Part shown: positions 36,764 to 46,966 of the stretch, piece by piece
How positions within the stretch are numbered: position 1 is the first letter of the stretch
How the letters are laid out: each line of letters opens with the position of its first letter
Source of the DNA: Bifidobacterium breve
GTDB lineage: Bacteria > Actinomycetota > Actinomycetes > S36-B12
Assembly: GCA_945901095.1 (NCBI GenBank)
Contig: CAMDKQ010000002.1
Span: 1-59,155, forward strand
DNA length: 59,155 nt
Reading direction: 5' to 3'
The notes under the pieces: generated by a model
What the model was told of the DNA's origin: nothing
Database searches by the model: none
Seen by the model: the letters and a program-made list of their open reading frames with translations, nothing else
Program-made: the position numbers and the translations under genes

Positions 36764-36791
36764 CGTCGGCTCTCGCCGCTCATCGTCGGCT
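36755..36791. repeat. 17-bp perfect direct repeat (period 20) duplicating the pafB start region
   Basis: GCCGCTCATCGTCGGCT occurs at 36755-36771 and 36775-36791. On the minus strand each copy is AGCCGACGATGAGCGGC. The upstream copy opens a 7-codon ORF, MSGESRR, whose TGA overlaps the pafB ATG. Confidence 0.95.
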
Positions 36792-37152
36792 AGAGAACGT
36801 TGATGAGGTCGATGACGAACACGAGGGTGCGGCCAGCGAGCCGATGGCCTGATCCGGCCTCACCGTAGGCGAGGGCTGGGGGGATGACGAGTTGTCGGCG
36901 ACCACCGACCCGCATACCCGGAATCCCTTCCTGCCAGCCGGCGATCAGACCGGCCAGCGGGAAGGTGATGGATTCCCCGCGGTCCCATGATGCGTCGAAC
37001 TGGTCGCCGGTCTCAAAGTCGACACCGAGATAGTGCACCTCAACGCGTCCGCCAGCTACCGCCTCAGCGCCCTCACCGATGATGAGATCGGTGATGACGA
37101 GCAAGGTGGGTGGAGGGCCTTCGATGAAGTCGATTTCGGGCTTGTCTGCCAC
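36790..37152 (-). CDS. FKBP-type peptidyl-prolyl cis-trans isomerase (cytoplasmic)
   Basis: FDASWDRGESITFPLAGLIAGWQEGIPGMRVGGRRQLVIPPALAYG is a canonical FKBP domain. Confidence 0.9.
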   Translation of the reverse strand: MADKPEIDFIEGPPPTLLVITDLIIGEGAEAVAGGRVEVHYLGVDFETGDQFDASWDRGESITFPLAGLIAGWQEGIPGMRVGGRRQLVIPPALAYGEAGSGHRLAGRTLVFVIDLINVL

Positions 37153-37217
37153 GTCCTACTCCTGTTCGGTCGTTGTTGCGGTGACGGCAGTTGATGAAGT
37201 GCTCGGTGAGCGCTGAC

Positions 37218-37916
37218 CTACGGGATGCTCACGAGTTCGACGACGAAGACGAGGGTTTCGTTCGGGAGGATGGTGCCTTGGCCCTGCGGCCCATAGCCGA
37301 GATCACCCGGGATGACGAGGAGGCGCTGGCCGCCGACCTTCATGCCTGGCAGGCCCTGGATCCAGCCTTGAATGAGGCCATCAAGCGGAAAGCTGATGGG
37401 CTCCCCCCGAGTCCAGGAGGAGTCGAACATCTGGCGGGACTGCATGCCGACACCGCAGTAATTGACGGTGAGCGTGTCGCCGGCCATGACCGCGGGTCCG
37501 GTGCCCTCAACGAGATCCTCAATCCCGAGTTCAGTTGCGCTCTGGGCATCCGCGCCGATCGAGATGGTCGGGACACCCGTGTCAGCAATCAACACGTTGA
37601 CGCTGCCGAAGGTGGTGCCACCGGCAGGGGGCTCAGCTGACGGGACCGGCTCCCCTACTGCACAGTCGGTGTTGACGAATGGGATCGACGGATCGGCCAC
37701 ACCATTTGAGGCGGCGGGCGCCGAGGCAGCAGAGGCGGCTTCCGACGGTGCGCCGGTAACGGCGGCGGATGCGAGTGCGGAGGCGGCGGCACCCTGATCA
37801 CTTGAACTTGACCCACTGGAACTTGAGCAGCCGACAAGCGCGGCTGCGACAACAGCAGTGCTCAGGGCAGTAGTCAGGGCGGTCTTCAGGGACAATGCGC
37901 AGCGTCGTGAGGTCAT
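37218..37916 (-). CDS. FKBP-type peptidyl-prolyl isomerase lipoprotein
   Basis: Signal peptide with lipobox LVGC, a Ser/Ala-rich linker, and a C-terminal FKBP domain (FDSSWTRGEPISFPLDGLIQGWIQGLPGMKVGG). Confidence 0.85.
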   Translation of the reverse strand: MTSRRCALSLKTALTTALSTAVVAAALVGCSSSSGSSSSDQGAAASALASAAVTGAPSEAASAASAPAASNGVADPSIPFVNTDCAVGEPVPSAEPPAGGTTFGSVNVLIADTGVPTISIGADAQSATELGIEDLVEGTGPAVMAGDTLTVNYCGVGMQSRQMFDSSWTRGEPISFPLDGLIQGWIQGLPGMKVGGQRLLVIPGDLGYGPQGQGTILPNETLVFVVELVSIP

Positions 37917-37936
37917 TGATGAAGCCTAGTCGGTGG

Positions 37937-39301
37937 CTACATACTCGCGATGAGGCGCTCGACGCGCTCATCAACTGACAGGAACGGGTCCTTGCACAAC
38001 ACTGTGCGCTGCGCCTGGTCATTGAGCTTCAGATGAACCCAGTCAACGGTGAAGTCGCGTTGCCGTTCCTGGGCCTTGCGCACGAAATCCCCCCTCAGCT
38101 TGGCTCTCGTCGTTTGTGGCGGAACTGACTTGGCTTCGAATACCGCCAGATCGGTGGTCACGCGATCGACGAGGCCTCTTGCCTCCATCAGGTAAAAGAC
38201 CCCACGTTTTCGCGAGATGTCGTGGTAGGCGAGGTCAAGCTGCGCAATCCGCGGTGAATTCAGATCAAGCGAGTGCTTGAGCATGTACCGCTCGAGGAGC
38301 CGACGCTTGATAACCCAATCGATCTCGCGATCAATGAGGGTGAGGTCGTCAGCCTCGATTGCCTTGAGCGCCCGACCCCAGAGCTCAAGGACCCTGCGGT
38401 GGACCGGGTTGTCGGTCAACCCGCGACGCTCCGCAAACTCGGATGCCTTCTGGAAATACTCCCACTGCATATCTATCGCAGAGAGCTCGCGCCCAGTGCT
38501 CAACTTGACGGTCTTGCGCCCGGTGACATCGTGGCTCATCTCTCGGATTGCCCGAATCGGGTTCTCAAGTGACATATCCCGCATGATGACCCCTGCCTCG
38601 AGCATCTGCAGAACGAGGTCGGCGGAACCTACCTTGAGCATGGTCGTGGTCTCGCTCATATTCGAATCGCCGACGATCACGTGGAGCCTGCGGTAGAGAT
38701 CGGCATCTGCGTGCGGTTCATCGCGGGTGTTGATGATCGGCCGTGACCGGGTGGTCGCGCTCGAGACGCCCTCCCAGATGTGGTCGGCTCGCTGGCTCAG
38801 ACAGTAGACAGCGCCCCGCGGAGTCTGAAGCACCTTGCCTGCGCCGGCGATAACCTGTCGTGAAATGAGAAAGGGAACGAGGCCGTCCGAGATTCGTGCG
38901 AAATCACCCTGTCGTTCAATGAGGAAGTTCTCGTGGCATCCGTACGAGTTGCCCGCCGAGTCGGTGTTGTTCTTGAACAGGTAGACATCACCGTTGATGC
39001 CCTCCTCAACGAGTCGCTGCTCTGCATCCAGAACTAGGCCCTCCAGAATCCGTTCCCCAGCGCGGTCGTGTGCCACCAGCTGCGGAACAGAGTCGCACTC
39101 CGCGGTCGCATATTCAGGGTGGCTGCCGACGTCAAGGTAGAGCCGTGAGCCGTTGCGGAGGAAGACGTTGCTGCTTCGACCCCATGCGACAACCTTGCGA
39201 AACAAGTAGCGTGCCACCTCGTCCGGGCTTAGGCGGCGCTGGCCATGGAAGGTACACGTCACCCCGTACTCGGTCTCGATCCCGAAGATGCGCCGCTCCA
39301 T
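37937..39301 (-). CDS. pafA: Pup--protein ligase PafA
   Basis: [16 protein letters not shown]-terminus. 454 aa, paralogous to Dop. Sits in the proteasome locus. Confidence 0.95.
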   Translation of the reverse strand: MERRIFGIETEYGVTCTFHGQRRLSPDEVARYLFRKVVAWGRSSNVFLRNGSRLYLDVGSHPEYATAECDSVPQLVAHDRAGERILEGLVLDAEQRLVEEGINGDVYLFKNNTDSAGNSYGCHENFLIERQGDFARISDGLVPFLISRQVIAGAGKVLQTPRGAVYCLSQRADHIWEGVSSATTRSRPIINTRDEPHADADLYRRLHVIVGDSNMSETTTMLKVGSADLVLQMLEAGVIMRDMSLENPIRAIREMSHDVTGRKTVKLSTGRELSAIDMQWEYFQKASEFAERRGLTDNPVHRRVLELWGRALKAIEADDLTLIDREIDWVIKRRLLERYMLKHSLDLNSPRIAQLDLAYHDISRKRGVFYLMEARGLVDRVTTDLAVFEAKSVPPQTTRAKLRGDFVRKAQERQRDFTVDWVHLKLNDQAQRTVLCKDPFLSVDERVERLIASM

Positions 39302-39318
39302 CAGCCCTACCGCCGAGC

Positions 39319-40008
39319 TCAGCCGAGTAGTTCGGCGAGCCGTCCCCGGTTGATTCGGGAGAAGGTGCGCCGGGACTTGCTGCGCTCAAGCAGGGCCACC
39401 TCAAGCTCACCAGGCCCCAACTGCCGTTCGTCATCTCCCCCGTGCTTGCCGAGCAGGTCAACCGCGAGCCGCAGCGCCTCGATCAGAGTCATGCCTTCAC
39501 GCCAACTCGTCGACAGTGCCGCGGTGATGGCCTCGGCAGAGCCACCCATAGCGACGTAGCCATGTTCGTCGGCGACCGAGCCGTCGAAGGTCAGCCGGTA
39601 CAGCTGATCGCCATCGGCGGAATCGCCCACCTCTGCGACGACGATCTCGACCTCGTAAGGCTTGGGGGTCTCGGTAAAAATTGTGCCGAGGGTTTGGGCA
39701 TAGGCATTGGCAAGACTTCGCCCGGTCACATCGCGCCGGTCATAGGAGTACCCGCGCATGTCGGCGAGGCGCACCCCCGCGACTCTCAGATTTTCGAACT
39801 CGTTGTACTTGCCGACAGCGGCGAAGGCTATGCGGTCGTAGATCTCGCTGATCTTGTGGAGTGCGCGCGACGGGTTCTCAGCCACGAACAAGATTCCCTC
39901 GTCGTATTCCTCGACGATAACCGACCGACCGCGGGCGATCCCCTTGCGGGCGTAGTCCGCTTTGTCCTTGATGATCTGCTCAGGCGAGACGTAAAACGGC
40001 ATGCTCAT
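39319..40008 (-). CDS. prcA: 20S proteasome alpha subunit
   Basis: [30 protein letters not shown]-terminus typical of PrcA. 4-nt overlap with prcB. Confidence 0.95.
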   Translation of the reverse strand: MSMPFYVSPEQIIKDKADYARKGIARGRSVIVEEYDEGILFVAENPSRALHKISEIYDRIAFAAVGKYNEFENLRVAGVRLADMRGYSYDRRDVTGRSLANAYAQTLGTIFTETPKPYEVEIVVAEVGDSADGDQLYRLTFDGSVADEHGYVAMGGSAEAITAALSTSWREGMTLIEALRLAVDLLGKHGGDDERQLGPGELEVALLERSKSRRTFSRINRGRLAELLG

Positions 40009-40853
40009 GAGCTCGACCTGCCTTCGGACGTTCCTGCAAATGGGCCATTCGGCCGGATCATCCTTCTCGCGACGAGGGGTGCGACACGCGCCTCAACCTC
40101 ATCCGAGTCGAGCATCCGGACTCCCTCACCTGTCGCGATGCCGACGATTGGGAAGATGCGACGGGCCATGTCGGGCCCAGCGGTCGCACTGTCGTCATCG
40201 GCGGCGTCGTAGAGGGCCTCGAGCGCCGCGTCGATGGCGAGGTCGACGTCGGCGTCCGGCCGGTAGAGCTTCTTCAGCGAGCCCCTCGCGAAAAAGGATC
40301 CGGAGCCAACGGCGTAGAAATCGTGCTCCTCGTAGCGTCCACCTGTGACGTCGTACGAGAAGATGCGCCCGCGCTGTCGGTCGACGTCGTACCCCGCGAA
40401 GAGCGGCACGACCGCTAAGCCCTGCATCGCGAGGCCAAGGTTGCCGCGCAGGAGGCTCGCGAGCCTGTTCGCCTTGCCATCCAAGGAGAGGGCGACGCCT
40501 TCGATTTTCTCGTAGTGCTCGAGTTCGACCTGAAAGAGGCGGACGAGTTCGACCGCGATACCCGCGGTGCCGGCGATGCCGATGAGTGAATGTTCGTCGG
40601 CTGGGAACACTTTCTCAATGTCGCGCTGGGCGATGACGTTACCCATTGTGGCCCGCCGATCACCGGCCATGACAGCACCGAAGTCGCCGCGCAAAGCGAC
40701 GATGGTGGTGCCGTGGGGCGCCTGCAATGCGTGGTCCTGGCCGATTCGCAGGGAAGGGAGGGCCGTCGGAGCAACGGTCGCAAGAAACTCAGCGAAGGAT
40801 GCCGAGCGAGGAGCAGTGAAGGCGACCTGCAGGGCGCGGTGCTCGAAGCTCAC
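40005..40853 (-). CDS. prcB: 20S proteasome beta subunit (with propeptide)
   Basis: Propeptide followed by the HG/TTIVAL processing site, giving the catalytic Thr1. 4-nt overlap with pup. Confidence 0.95.
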   Translation of the reverse strand: MSFEHRALQVAFTAPRSASFAEFLATVAPTALPSLRIGQDHALQAPHGTTIVALRGDFGAVMAGDRRATMGNVIAQRDIEKVFPADEHSLIGIAGTAGIAVELVRLFQVELEHYEKIEGVALSLDGKANRLASLLRGNLGLAMQGLAVVPLFAGYDVDRQRGRIFSYDVTGGRYEEHDFYAVGSGSFFARGSLKKLYRPDADVDLAIDAALEALYDAADDDSATAGPDMARRIFPIVGIATGEGVRMLDSDEVEARVAPLVARRMIRPNGPFAGTSEGRSSS

Positions 40854-41047
40854 TGTCCGCCCTTCTGGACGAAGGACTTCACGAAGTCCTCTGCATTCTC
40901 CTCGAGAACACTGTCGATCTCGTCGAGAATGGAGTCGACGTCTGAGTCAAGATCCGAGGCGGTGGCCGATTCGGTCGGCGCCACCGTCGCCTCGTCGGTA
41001 TCGCTTGGCCTTGAGGTTCGGCGCTCGGCACTCTCCTGCTGTGACAT
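40850..41047 (-). CDS. pup: prokaryotic ubiquitin-like protein Pup (C-terminal GGQ)
   Basis: 65-aa acidic protein ending ...[13 protein letters not shown], directly upstream of prcB. Confidence 0.95.
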   Translation of the reverse strand: MSQQESAERRTSRPSDTDEATVAPTESATASDLDSDVDSILDEIDSVLEENAEDFVKSFVQKGGQ

Positions 41048-41066
41048 GTGGACAGGTTACCGGGAT

Positions 41067-42590
41067 TCAGGTCGAAGCGCTCAGGGCTGCAAGGAGTTCC
41101 TGCGGTGTCGGTGATGCGTCGAGGAGGGCACCGACGTGCTCGCGGGTGCCCCGAAGCGGCTCGAGGGTTGGCACCCTCAGGAGGCTCTCCTGCCCGGGGA
41201 TGTCGAAGACGACCGAATCCCATGATGCTGCGGCCACCTGATCGGGGTACCGGCGCAGGCACTCTCCGCGGAAGTAGGCGCGGGTGTCGAGTGGAGGGTT
41301 CGTCATCGCGCGATGGACCTCGTCATCGGTGAACAGCCTCGTGAGCCGGCTCCGAGCCTCAAGTCGGGAGGCGAGGCCCTTGTCTCGACGAACATCGGAG
41401 TACTGGAGGTCGATGGCTTGGAGCCGGTGCGCTGACCAGTCGAGGCCATCGCGTGCCCGGTACTCCTCGAGTAGGGCGAGCTTTGCGACCCAGTCAATGG
41501 TCGCTGCGCAGATCATTGGGTCGGCTGAGAGACTGGTAAGGGTCTGGCTCCATCGGTTGAGGATGTCGAGGGTTTGTGCATCGATGTCGCCCCCGGCCCG
41601 TTCGTCGCAGTAGGCGTGCGCGAGCGTGCAAAGCTGCATTTGGAGGTCAATCGCGGTGCGCCGAGACCCGTCTCGCATGACGAGCGGGTACTGGAGCGTG
41701 GTGTCGTGGCTGACCGCGTGCATCTCGCGGACAGGGAATCGCGGCATGAGGTCGGTGCGGTCGAGCACGCCATCCTCGATCATCGAAAGAACGATGGCGG
41801 TCGTACCCATCTTCAAATAGGTAGCGACATCGCAAAGGTTCGCATCGCCGACGATGACGTGCAGCCTGCGGTACTTCTCCGGGTCAGCGTGCGGCTCATC
41901 CCTGGTGTTGATGATCGGTCTTTTCAAGGTGGTCTCAAGGCCCACCTCGACCTCGAAGAAGTCTGCGCGCTGGGTCAGTTGGTAGCGCATTGAGCGACCA
42001 TCCTGCCCTACGCCAAGCCGCCCGGAGCCAGTGAAGACCTGGCGAGTGATGAAGAACGGCGTGAGGTGGCGAACGATGTCTGCGAACGGTGTTTGACGGC
42101 GCATGAGGTAGTTCTCGTGCGTGCCGTATGAGGCGCCCTTGTTATCTGTGTTGTTCTTGTAGAGCAGGATCGGCGGGATCGCGCCACTGCGGGAGGCGAG
42201 CTCAGCAGCGCGCTCCATGATGTGGACCCCCGCCCGATCCCAGAGGGCAGCGTCACGCGGGTTCGTGACCTCCGGTGCCGAATACTCGGGGTGAGCGTGA
42301 TCGACATATAGGCGAGCCCCATTTGTCAGGACGACATTCGCGAGGCCGAGGTCATCGTCGGTGAGCTGGCTCGGATCGGCATCGGCACGAGACATGTCGA
42401 ACCCGCGGGCATCGCGGAGCGGCGACTCGAGGTCGTAGTCCCAGCGAGCCTTGCGGCGCCCGGCCGCGATGACCTCCTGCGCGTACGCGTTGACAATATG
42501 AGTGGAGGAGACCATGGCGTTCATGGTGGGGTGACCTGGCACGGTGATCCCGTACTCGGTCTCGATCCCCATGACCCGATGGACGCTCAT
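41067..42590 (-). CDS. dop: Pup deamidase/depupylase Dop
   Basis: The ATG at 42590 gives MSVHRVMGIETEYGITVPG. It is paralogous to PafA. The track ORF to 42887 is an Arg/Ser-rich over-extension that overlaps arc. Confidence 0.9.
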   Translation of the reverse strand: MSVHRVMGIETEYGITVPGHPTMNAMVSSTHIVNAYAQEVIAAGRRKARWDYDLESPLRDARGFDMSRADADPSQLTDDDLGLANVVLTNGARLYVDHAHPEYSAPEVTNPRDAALWDRAGVHIMERAAELASRSGAIPPILLYKNNTDNKGASYGTHENYLMRRQTPFADIVRHLTPFFITRQVFTGSGRLGVGQDGRSMRYQLTQRADFFEVEVGLETTLKRPIINTRDEPHADPEKYRRLHVIVGDANLCDVATYLKMGTTAIVLSMIEDGVLDRTDLMPRFPVREMHAVSHDTTLQYPLVMRDGSRRTAIDLQMQLCTLAHAYCDERAGGDIDAQTLDILNRWSQTLTSLSADPMICAATIDWVAKLALLEEYRARDGLDWSAHRLQAIDLQYSDVRRDKGLASRLEARSRLTRLFTDDEVHRAMTNPPLDTRAYFRGECLRRYPDQVAAASWDSVVFDIPGQESLLRVPTLEPLRGTREHVGALLDASPTPQELLAALSAST

Positions 42591-42627
42591 GAGGCGCCGA
42601 CTGCGGGGTGTTGCCGGCAGCGAACGA

Positions 42628-44307
42628 TCACAGGTACTGACCGGTGTTCGCGACCGTCGCGATTGATCGGCCCGCCTCGCTTCCCTTCTTGCCGTGGATG
42701 AGAGTCCGGATGAACACGATGCGCTCCCCCTTTTTGCCCGAAATCCGCGCCCAGTCGTCAGGATTCGTCGTATTGGGAAGGTCCTCGTTCTCGCGGAACT
42801 CATCAAGGCACGCGTCGAGCAGGTGCTGGACCCTGATCCCCCGCTCACCGGAGTCAAGAAACGCCTTGATCGCCGACTTCTTCGCACGCGACACGATGTT
42901 CTCGATCATCGCCCCGGAGTTGAAGTCCTTGAAGTAGAGGATTTCCTTGTCGCCGTTTGCGTAGGTAACCTCAAGGAACCGATTCTCCTCAGCCTCTGAG
43001 TACATGAGCTCGACGGCGCGCTGGATCATCGCGTGGCAGGTGAGAACCGCGTCGCCGGCGTTTTCGGCGAGGTCACCTTGGTGCAGCGGAAGTGTCGGAA
43101 TGAGGTACTTGCTGAAAATCTCGCGGGCGGCCTCCGCATCAGGGCGCTCGATCTTGATCTTCACGTCGAGTCGGCCCGGCCGCAGAATCGCGGGGTCGAT
43201 CATGTCCTCGCGATTCGATGCCCCGATGACGATGACATTCTCGAGTGCTTCGACGCCGTCGATCTCGCTCAGCAGTTGCGGGACGATGGTGTTCTCGACG
43301 TCACTCGAAACCCCGGATCCCCTCGTGCGGAACAGCGAGTCCATCTCATCGAAGAAGACGATGACCGGCATGCCCTCCGAGGCCTTTTCCCTGGCCCGCT
43401 GGAAGACCAGACGGATATGACGTTCGGTCTCGCCGACGTACTTGTTCAGCAGTTCAGGACCCTTGATGTTGAGGAAGAAGCTTCGGCCCTCCTCCAAGCC
43501 ATTTCGCTCGGCAACCTTCTTCGCGAGCGAGTTTGCGACCGCCTTCGCAATGAGTGTCTTGCCGCATCCGGGTGGGCCGTAGAGCAAAATTCCTTTCGGC
43601 GGCATGAGTGCGTGCTCGGCGTAGAGCTCCGGGTGCATGAATGGCAGCTCGACGGCGTCGCGAATACTTTCGATCTGGTCTCGCAGGCCACCGATGTCGG
43701 CGTAGTCGATGTCGGGAACCTCCTCGAGAATGAGCTCCTCGACCTCCGACTTGGGGATCTTCTCGGTGACATACCCGGAGCGCGAGTCCAACAAGAGCGC
43801 ATCGCCCGAGCGCAAACGGGTGGTGAGGAGCGGTTCGGCCAGCCTCACGACACGCTCTTCATCTCCGCCTGCCACAACGAGGGCGCGAACTCGGTCGCCG
43901 AGCACCTCCTTCAGGGTGACGATTTCGCCGACCACCTCGAAGGCCTGATTACCAACAACGTTGAGGGCCTCATTGAGCATGAGCTCCTGACCCGGCCGCA
44001 GCGATGAGGCGTCGACCGAGGGACTGACGGCCACGCGGATCTTCTTGCCGCTCGCCATGATGTCAACACTGCCGTCCTCATGAAGTTCGAGGAAGGTGCC
44101 GTAGCCACTCGGCGGCTCACCGAGTCGGTCGACCTCGGCCTTGAGGGTGACGATCTGCTCGCGGGCATCGCGAAGGGTGGCGATGAGCCGGGCGTTGTGA
44201 TCCTTCTGCGCTGCTAGTTCCCCGCGCAACTGCTGGGCGCCCCTCTCGTTCGCCGGGTCGTCACGACGGTCACCCGTGCTGGCGGCTGGCATCTCGGGCG
44301 TGTCCAC
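42628..44307 (-). CDS. arc: proteasome-associated AAA ATPase ARC/Mpa
   Basis: N-terminal coiled coil, Walker A GPPGCGKT, Walker [10 protein letters not shown], and the C-terminal proteasome-docking GQYL. GTG start preceded by AAAGGAGGA. Confidence 0.95.
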   Translation of the reverse strand: MDTPEMPAASTGDRRDDPANERGAQQLRGELAAQKDHNARLIATLRDAREQIVTLKAEVDRLGEPPSGYGTFLELHEDGSVDIMASGKKIRVAVSPSVDASSLRPGQELMLNEALNVVGNQAFEVVGEIVTLKEVLGDRVRALVVAGGDEERVVRLAEPLLTTRLRSGDALLLDSRSGYVTEKIPKSEVEELILEEVPDIDYADIGGLRDQIESIRDAVELPFMHPELYAEHALMPPKGILLYGPPGCGKTLIAKAVANSLAKKVAERNGLEEGRSFFLNIKGPELLNKYVGETERHIRLVFQRAREKASEGMPVIVFFDEMDSLFRTRGSGVSSDVENTIVPQLLSEIDGVEALENVIVIGASNREDMIDPAILRPGRLDVKIKIERPDAEAAREIFSKYLIPTLPLHQGDLAENAGDAVLTCHAMIQRAVELMYSEAEENRFLEVTYANGDKEILYFKDFNSGAMIENIVSRAKKSAIKAFLDSGERGIRVQHLLDACLDEFRENEDLPNTTNPDDWARISGKKGERIVFIRTLIHGKKGSEAGRSIATVANTGQYL

Positions 44308-44336
44308 GGATCCTCCTTTGAGTAGCTCCGACGACT

Positions 44337-45278
44337 CTAACTTGATTCGGTGGACTCGGCGTGTTCGGCGGGAGCTTCGATTGTCGCGTGGCCTTCTGTT
44401 GCCGCGCCCGGACCGCTGTAGTCATCGCCATAGGCGCCAGGAGCCGGCCTGCGCCGGCGAGTGGGAAGGACCGCCCCGGGGGCTAGCCTGCGGGCTGCTA
44501 CGAGGAAGCCGGAGTGCCCGATCATGCGGTGATCTGGCCGAACCGCGAGTCCGTCGAGGTGCCACGTCCGAATGAGCGACTCCTCGGCGCGCGGTTCGGT
44601 CCAGTCGCCCGAGACGCGCATGAACTCGACCAACTTGGACATCTGGGTTGTCGTCGCGACATATCCGACGAGGACGCCACCGGGCGCGAGCGACCCGGCA
44701 ACCGCGGCGAGACATTCCCACGGCGCGAGCATGTCGAGGATGACCGCGTCGAGTTCGCGCTCGTCAAGGGAGTCTGCGAGGTCTCCGAGGGTCAATGACC
44801 AGTACTCAGGGATCGTGCCGAACCAGCGGTCGACATTCTTGCGTGCGACAGCGGCGAACTCCTCGCGACGCTCGTAGCTGCTGACGTGCCCGGTTGGGCC
44901 GACAGCCCGCAGGAGTGAGCAGGTAAGGGCGCCGGATCCGACTCCTGCCTCCGCGACGCGGGACCCGGGGCCGAGGCCCGCGAGTCCGACAATGCGCGCT
45001 GAGTCCTTGGGGTAGATGACGGCGGCGCCGCGTGGCATCGAGAGCACGAAGTCATCCAGCAGTGGCTTGAGTGCGAGGAAGGCGGTGCCCCCCGAACCCA
45101 TGAGCACTGAGCCCTGAAGCAGGCCGACGATTGCATCATGGTCGATCGCGCCCCGGTGCGTGTGGAAGGACTTCCCCTCAACGAGGGTGATGGTGTACAG
45201 CTTGCCCTTTGCGTCAGTCAGCTGGACGAGGTCACCGTATGCGAACACGCCTCGGCGGGTATACGTCGGTTCAGCCAT
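44337..45278 (-). CDS. trmI: tRNA (adenine58-N1)-methyltransferase TrmI
   Basis: SAM-binding [12 protein letters not shown]. The ATG at 45278 ([18 protein letters not shown]) is preferred over the track start at 45353, which would overlap the divergent gene. Confidence 0.85.
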   Translation of the reverse strand: MAEPTYTRRGVFAYGDLVQLTDAKGKLYTITLVEGKSFHTHRGAIDHDAIVGLLQGSVLMGSGGTAFLALKPLLDDFVLSMPRGAAVIYPKDSARIVGLAGLGPGSRVAEAGVGSGALTCSLLRAVGPTGHVSSYERREEFAAVARKNVDRWFGTIPEYWSLTLGDLADSLDERELDAVILDMLAPWECLAAVAGSLAPGGVLVGYVATTTQMSKLVEFMRVSGDWTEPRAEESLIRTWHLDGLAVRPDHRMIGHSGFLVAARRLAPGAVLPTRRRRPAPGAYGDDYSGPGAATEGHATIEAPAEHAESTESS

Positions 45279-45332
45279 TTGTAGAACAGTAGTCCGTCCA
45301 TCCGAGTCCGTTCGTCGCACCGTTGACCTAGG

Positions 45333-46268
45333 GTGACGAACGTGAACGTTCACTCGGCAGCACTCGATCCCTTCGCAGCATTCCCCGGTTCGCTGTCGCC
45401 ATCACGAGCCAATGACTTCCTCACCTGTCCACTCCTCTTCCGCTTCCGTACTATCGACCGCCTCCCCGAGCCCTCCTCCCCCGCCGCGCTTCGGGGCACG
45501 CTTGTCCATACGGCGCTCGAGCACCTCTTCGACCTCCCCGCGGGTGACCGAACCGTGGCACAGACCAAGGCCCTCCTCACCCAGGCCTGGCTCGAACTGG
45601 CGGCGAACGACGAGGAGTCGGCCCGGATACTCCAGGCGGAGTTGGGTCTCGATTGCACTGCTGATCCTGCCGAGGTTGCCGACCGGGTACTTGCGAGCGC
45701 CCTTCCCCTCCTCGACACCTACTTCGCGCTTGAGGATCCGAACCGCCTCGAGCCCTATGCGCGTGAGTTCGCCGTCTCCGTTGAGATTGCCGAAGCCTTC
45801 ACGATCCGCGGTTTCGTTGACCGAATCGACCGCTCGCCAGCCGGGGAGATCCGGATCGTCGATTACAAGACCGGTAGGGCTCCCGGCTCACGATATGAGG
45901 CAAAGGCCATGTTCCAGATGCGGTTCTACGCGCTGGCGTGGTGGCGCATGACCGGTGACATACCCCGGAGGCTGCAGCTCATGTATCTCGGCAGTAGCGA
46001 GGTCCTTCACTACGAACCGACCGAGCAGGATCTGGTGTCGACGGAGCGAAAGATTCTCGCCCTCCGGGAGGCGATCAATAAGGCTGCCCGGTCAGGGGAT
46101 TTCGCCCCGACCACGTCGAGGCTCTGCGACTGGTGCGCACATCAGCCTTCCTGCCCGGCCAAGGGAGGGGTGCTCCCCCCGATGCCGTCACCGGAGCTGT
46201 GGCTATTGCCTGCGTCGCGGGTCGATTCACCATTCGAGCGAGGTGCTAGCGCTGAGCCGCGGGAGTGA
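45333..46268 (+). CDS. PD-(D/E)XK RecB-family nuclease with C-terminal Cys cluster (Rv2119-like)
   Basis: SLSPSRANDFLTCPLLFRFR N-terminal motif, GFVDRIDR...IRIVDYKTG nuclease core, and the CDWCAHQPSCP cluster. The start may be GTG 45333 or GTG 45342. Confidence 0.8.
   Translation: MTNVNVHSAALDPFAAFPGSLSPSRANDFLTCPLLFRFRTIDRLPEPSSPAALRGTLVHTALEHLFDLPAGDRTVAQTKALLTQAWLELAANDEESARILQAELGLDCTADPAEVADRVLASALPLLDTYFALEDPNRLEPYAREFAVSVEIAEAFTIRGFVDRIDRSPAGEIRIVDYKTGRAPGSRYEAKAMFQMRFYALAWWRMTGDIPRRLQLMYLGSSEVLHYEPTEQDLVSTERKILALREAINKAARSGDFAPTTSRLCDWCAHQPSCPAKGGVLPPMPSPELWLLPASRVDSPFERGASAEPRE
45342..45353. repeat. perfect 12-bp palindrome GTGAACGTTCAC at the 5' end of the nuclease gene
   Basis: The sequence is self-complementary. 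It begins with an in-frame GTG and lies 7 nt downstream of a TAGGGT -10-like hexamer (45329-45334). Confidence 0.9.
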
Positions 46269-46923
46269 TCGCGGCCTGCCAAAGGGTCTCGATCGACCAG
46301 CCGTCCAGCCCTTCGATGACCGTGAGGCGCTCGGCATCCGCAACCGGTGCGAGGTGCGGCACAGCAACAACCCGGCAGCCGGCAGCGAGTCCCGATGCCA
46401 CTCCGGTCGGTGAATCCTCAATCACCAGACAGTCCGCCGGAGCCAACCCCAGCAGCAATGCCGCCTGCAAGTAGGGGGCCGGGTGCGGCTTACTGTGCGG
46501 CACCTCGTCGCCGCCGATGATCACCGTGAAGGGCTCGAATCCAAGATCGCTCGCAATGCTTATGTGAACGGCATCAATAAGGCGTCGCCATGATGCTGTG
46601 ACCAGCCCGGTTGGGATTCCGAGGTCGACCACCTCGCACACAAGGGCCCGGGCACCCGGCTGCCATGAGACCTGCTCCGTCAGAAGGAGACCCTCGATCG
46701 TCGAGATAAGGAACTCCCCTACACCCTGCTCCGTGAGTTCGCGGACGATCTCAGGGTCGCCCTTGCCGGCCATGTAATCGACAACCCGCTCGAGAGGACC
46801 ACCGAGGCAGTGCTGCTGGTCAACGGGATTCCACTCGCCGCCGAGCCGCAGCATCGTGAGGAGTTCAGCCTGCAGCCACAGGTGCTCGGTGTCGACGAGG
46901 GTGCCGTCCATATCGAACAGCAC
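46246..46923 (-). CDS. HAD-family hydrolase (beta-phosphoglucomutase-like subfamily)
   Basis: MLFDMDGTLVDTE motif I and a C-terminal VIEDSPTGV motif. It converges on, and overlaps, the nuclease gene by 23 bp. Confidence 0.8.
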   Translation of the reverse strand: MLFDMDGTLVDTEHLWLQAELLTMLRLGGEWNPVDQQHCLGGPLERVVDYMAGKGDPEIVRELTEQGVGEFLISTIEGLLLTEQVSWQPGARALVCEVVDLGIPTGLVTASWRRLIDAVHISIASDLGFEPFTVIIGGDEVPHSKPHPAPYLQAALLLGLAPADCLVIEDSPTGVASGLAAGCRVVAVPHLAPVADAERLTVIEGLDGWSIETLWQAAITPAAQR

Positions 46924-46966
46924 CGCTGCTGGAAGTGCCGATTGCGCATCCAGCGTCGAAATACCC

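Noticed and set aside
41106-41113. PafBC/RecA-NDp promoter motif: exact TGTCGGTG at 41106-41113 (plus strand) and at 57842-57835 (minus strand)
   Set aside because: Neither is followed at N8 by a TAnnnT hexamer (AGGAGG and GGTTGA instead), and both lie inside coding sequence. They are probably chance matches.
41067-42887. N-terminal extensions of track ORFs: Dop to 42887, Lnt to 27170, GcvH from 9564, DUF151 from 11109, PAC2 from 51240, the kinase-like gene to 57372, TrmI to 45353, FxsA to 24751
   Set aside because: The extensions are Arg/Ser/Pro-rich and overlap the neighbouring gene. Internal starts yield the canonical family N-termini and often form ATGA/GTGA junctions with the upstream stop.
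43033-44007. 324-aa ORF on the plus strand, antisense to arc/mpa. The same pattern applies to 25635-26519 (antisense to lnt), 35301-36164 (antisense to pafB/pafC), 39442-40212 (antisense to prcA), 51231-52031 (antisense to PAC2) and 8681-9598.
   Set aside because: These are typical high-GC shadow ORFs. They lie opposite genes with unambiguous family motifs, their translations are Arg/Gly/Asp-rich low-information sequence with no recognisable motifs, and they have no RBS or independent promoter space.
45338-45353. Canonical LexA SOS box at the nuclease gene start
   Set aside because: The half-sites GAAC/GTTC are present, but with N0 or N6 spacing instead of the N4 of the actinobacterial/Gram-positive consensus (GAAC-N4-GTTC). 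It is kept only as an unexplained palindrome.
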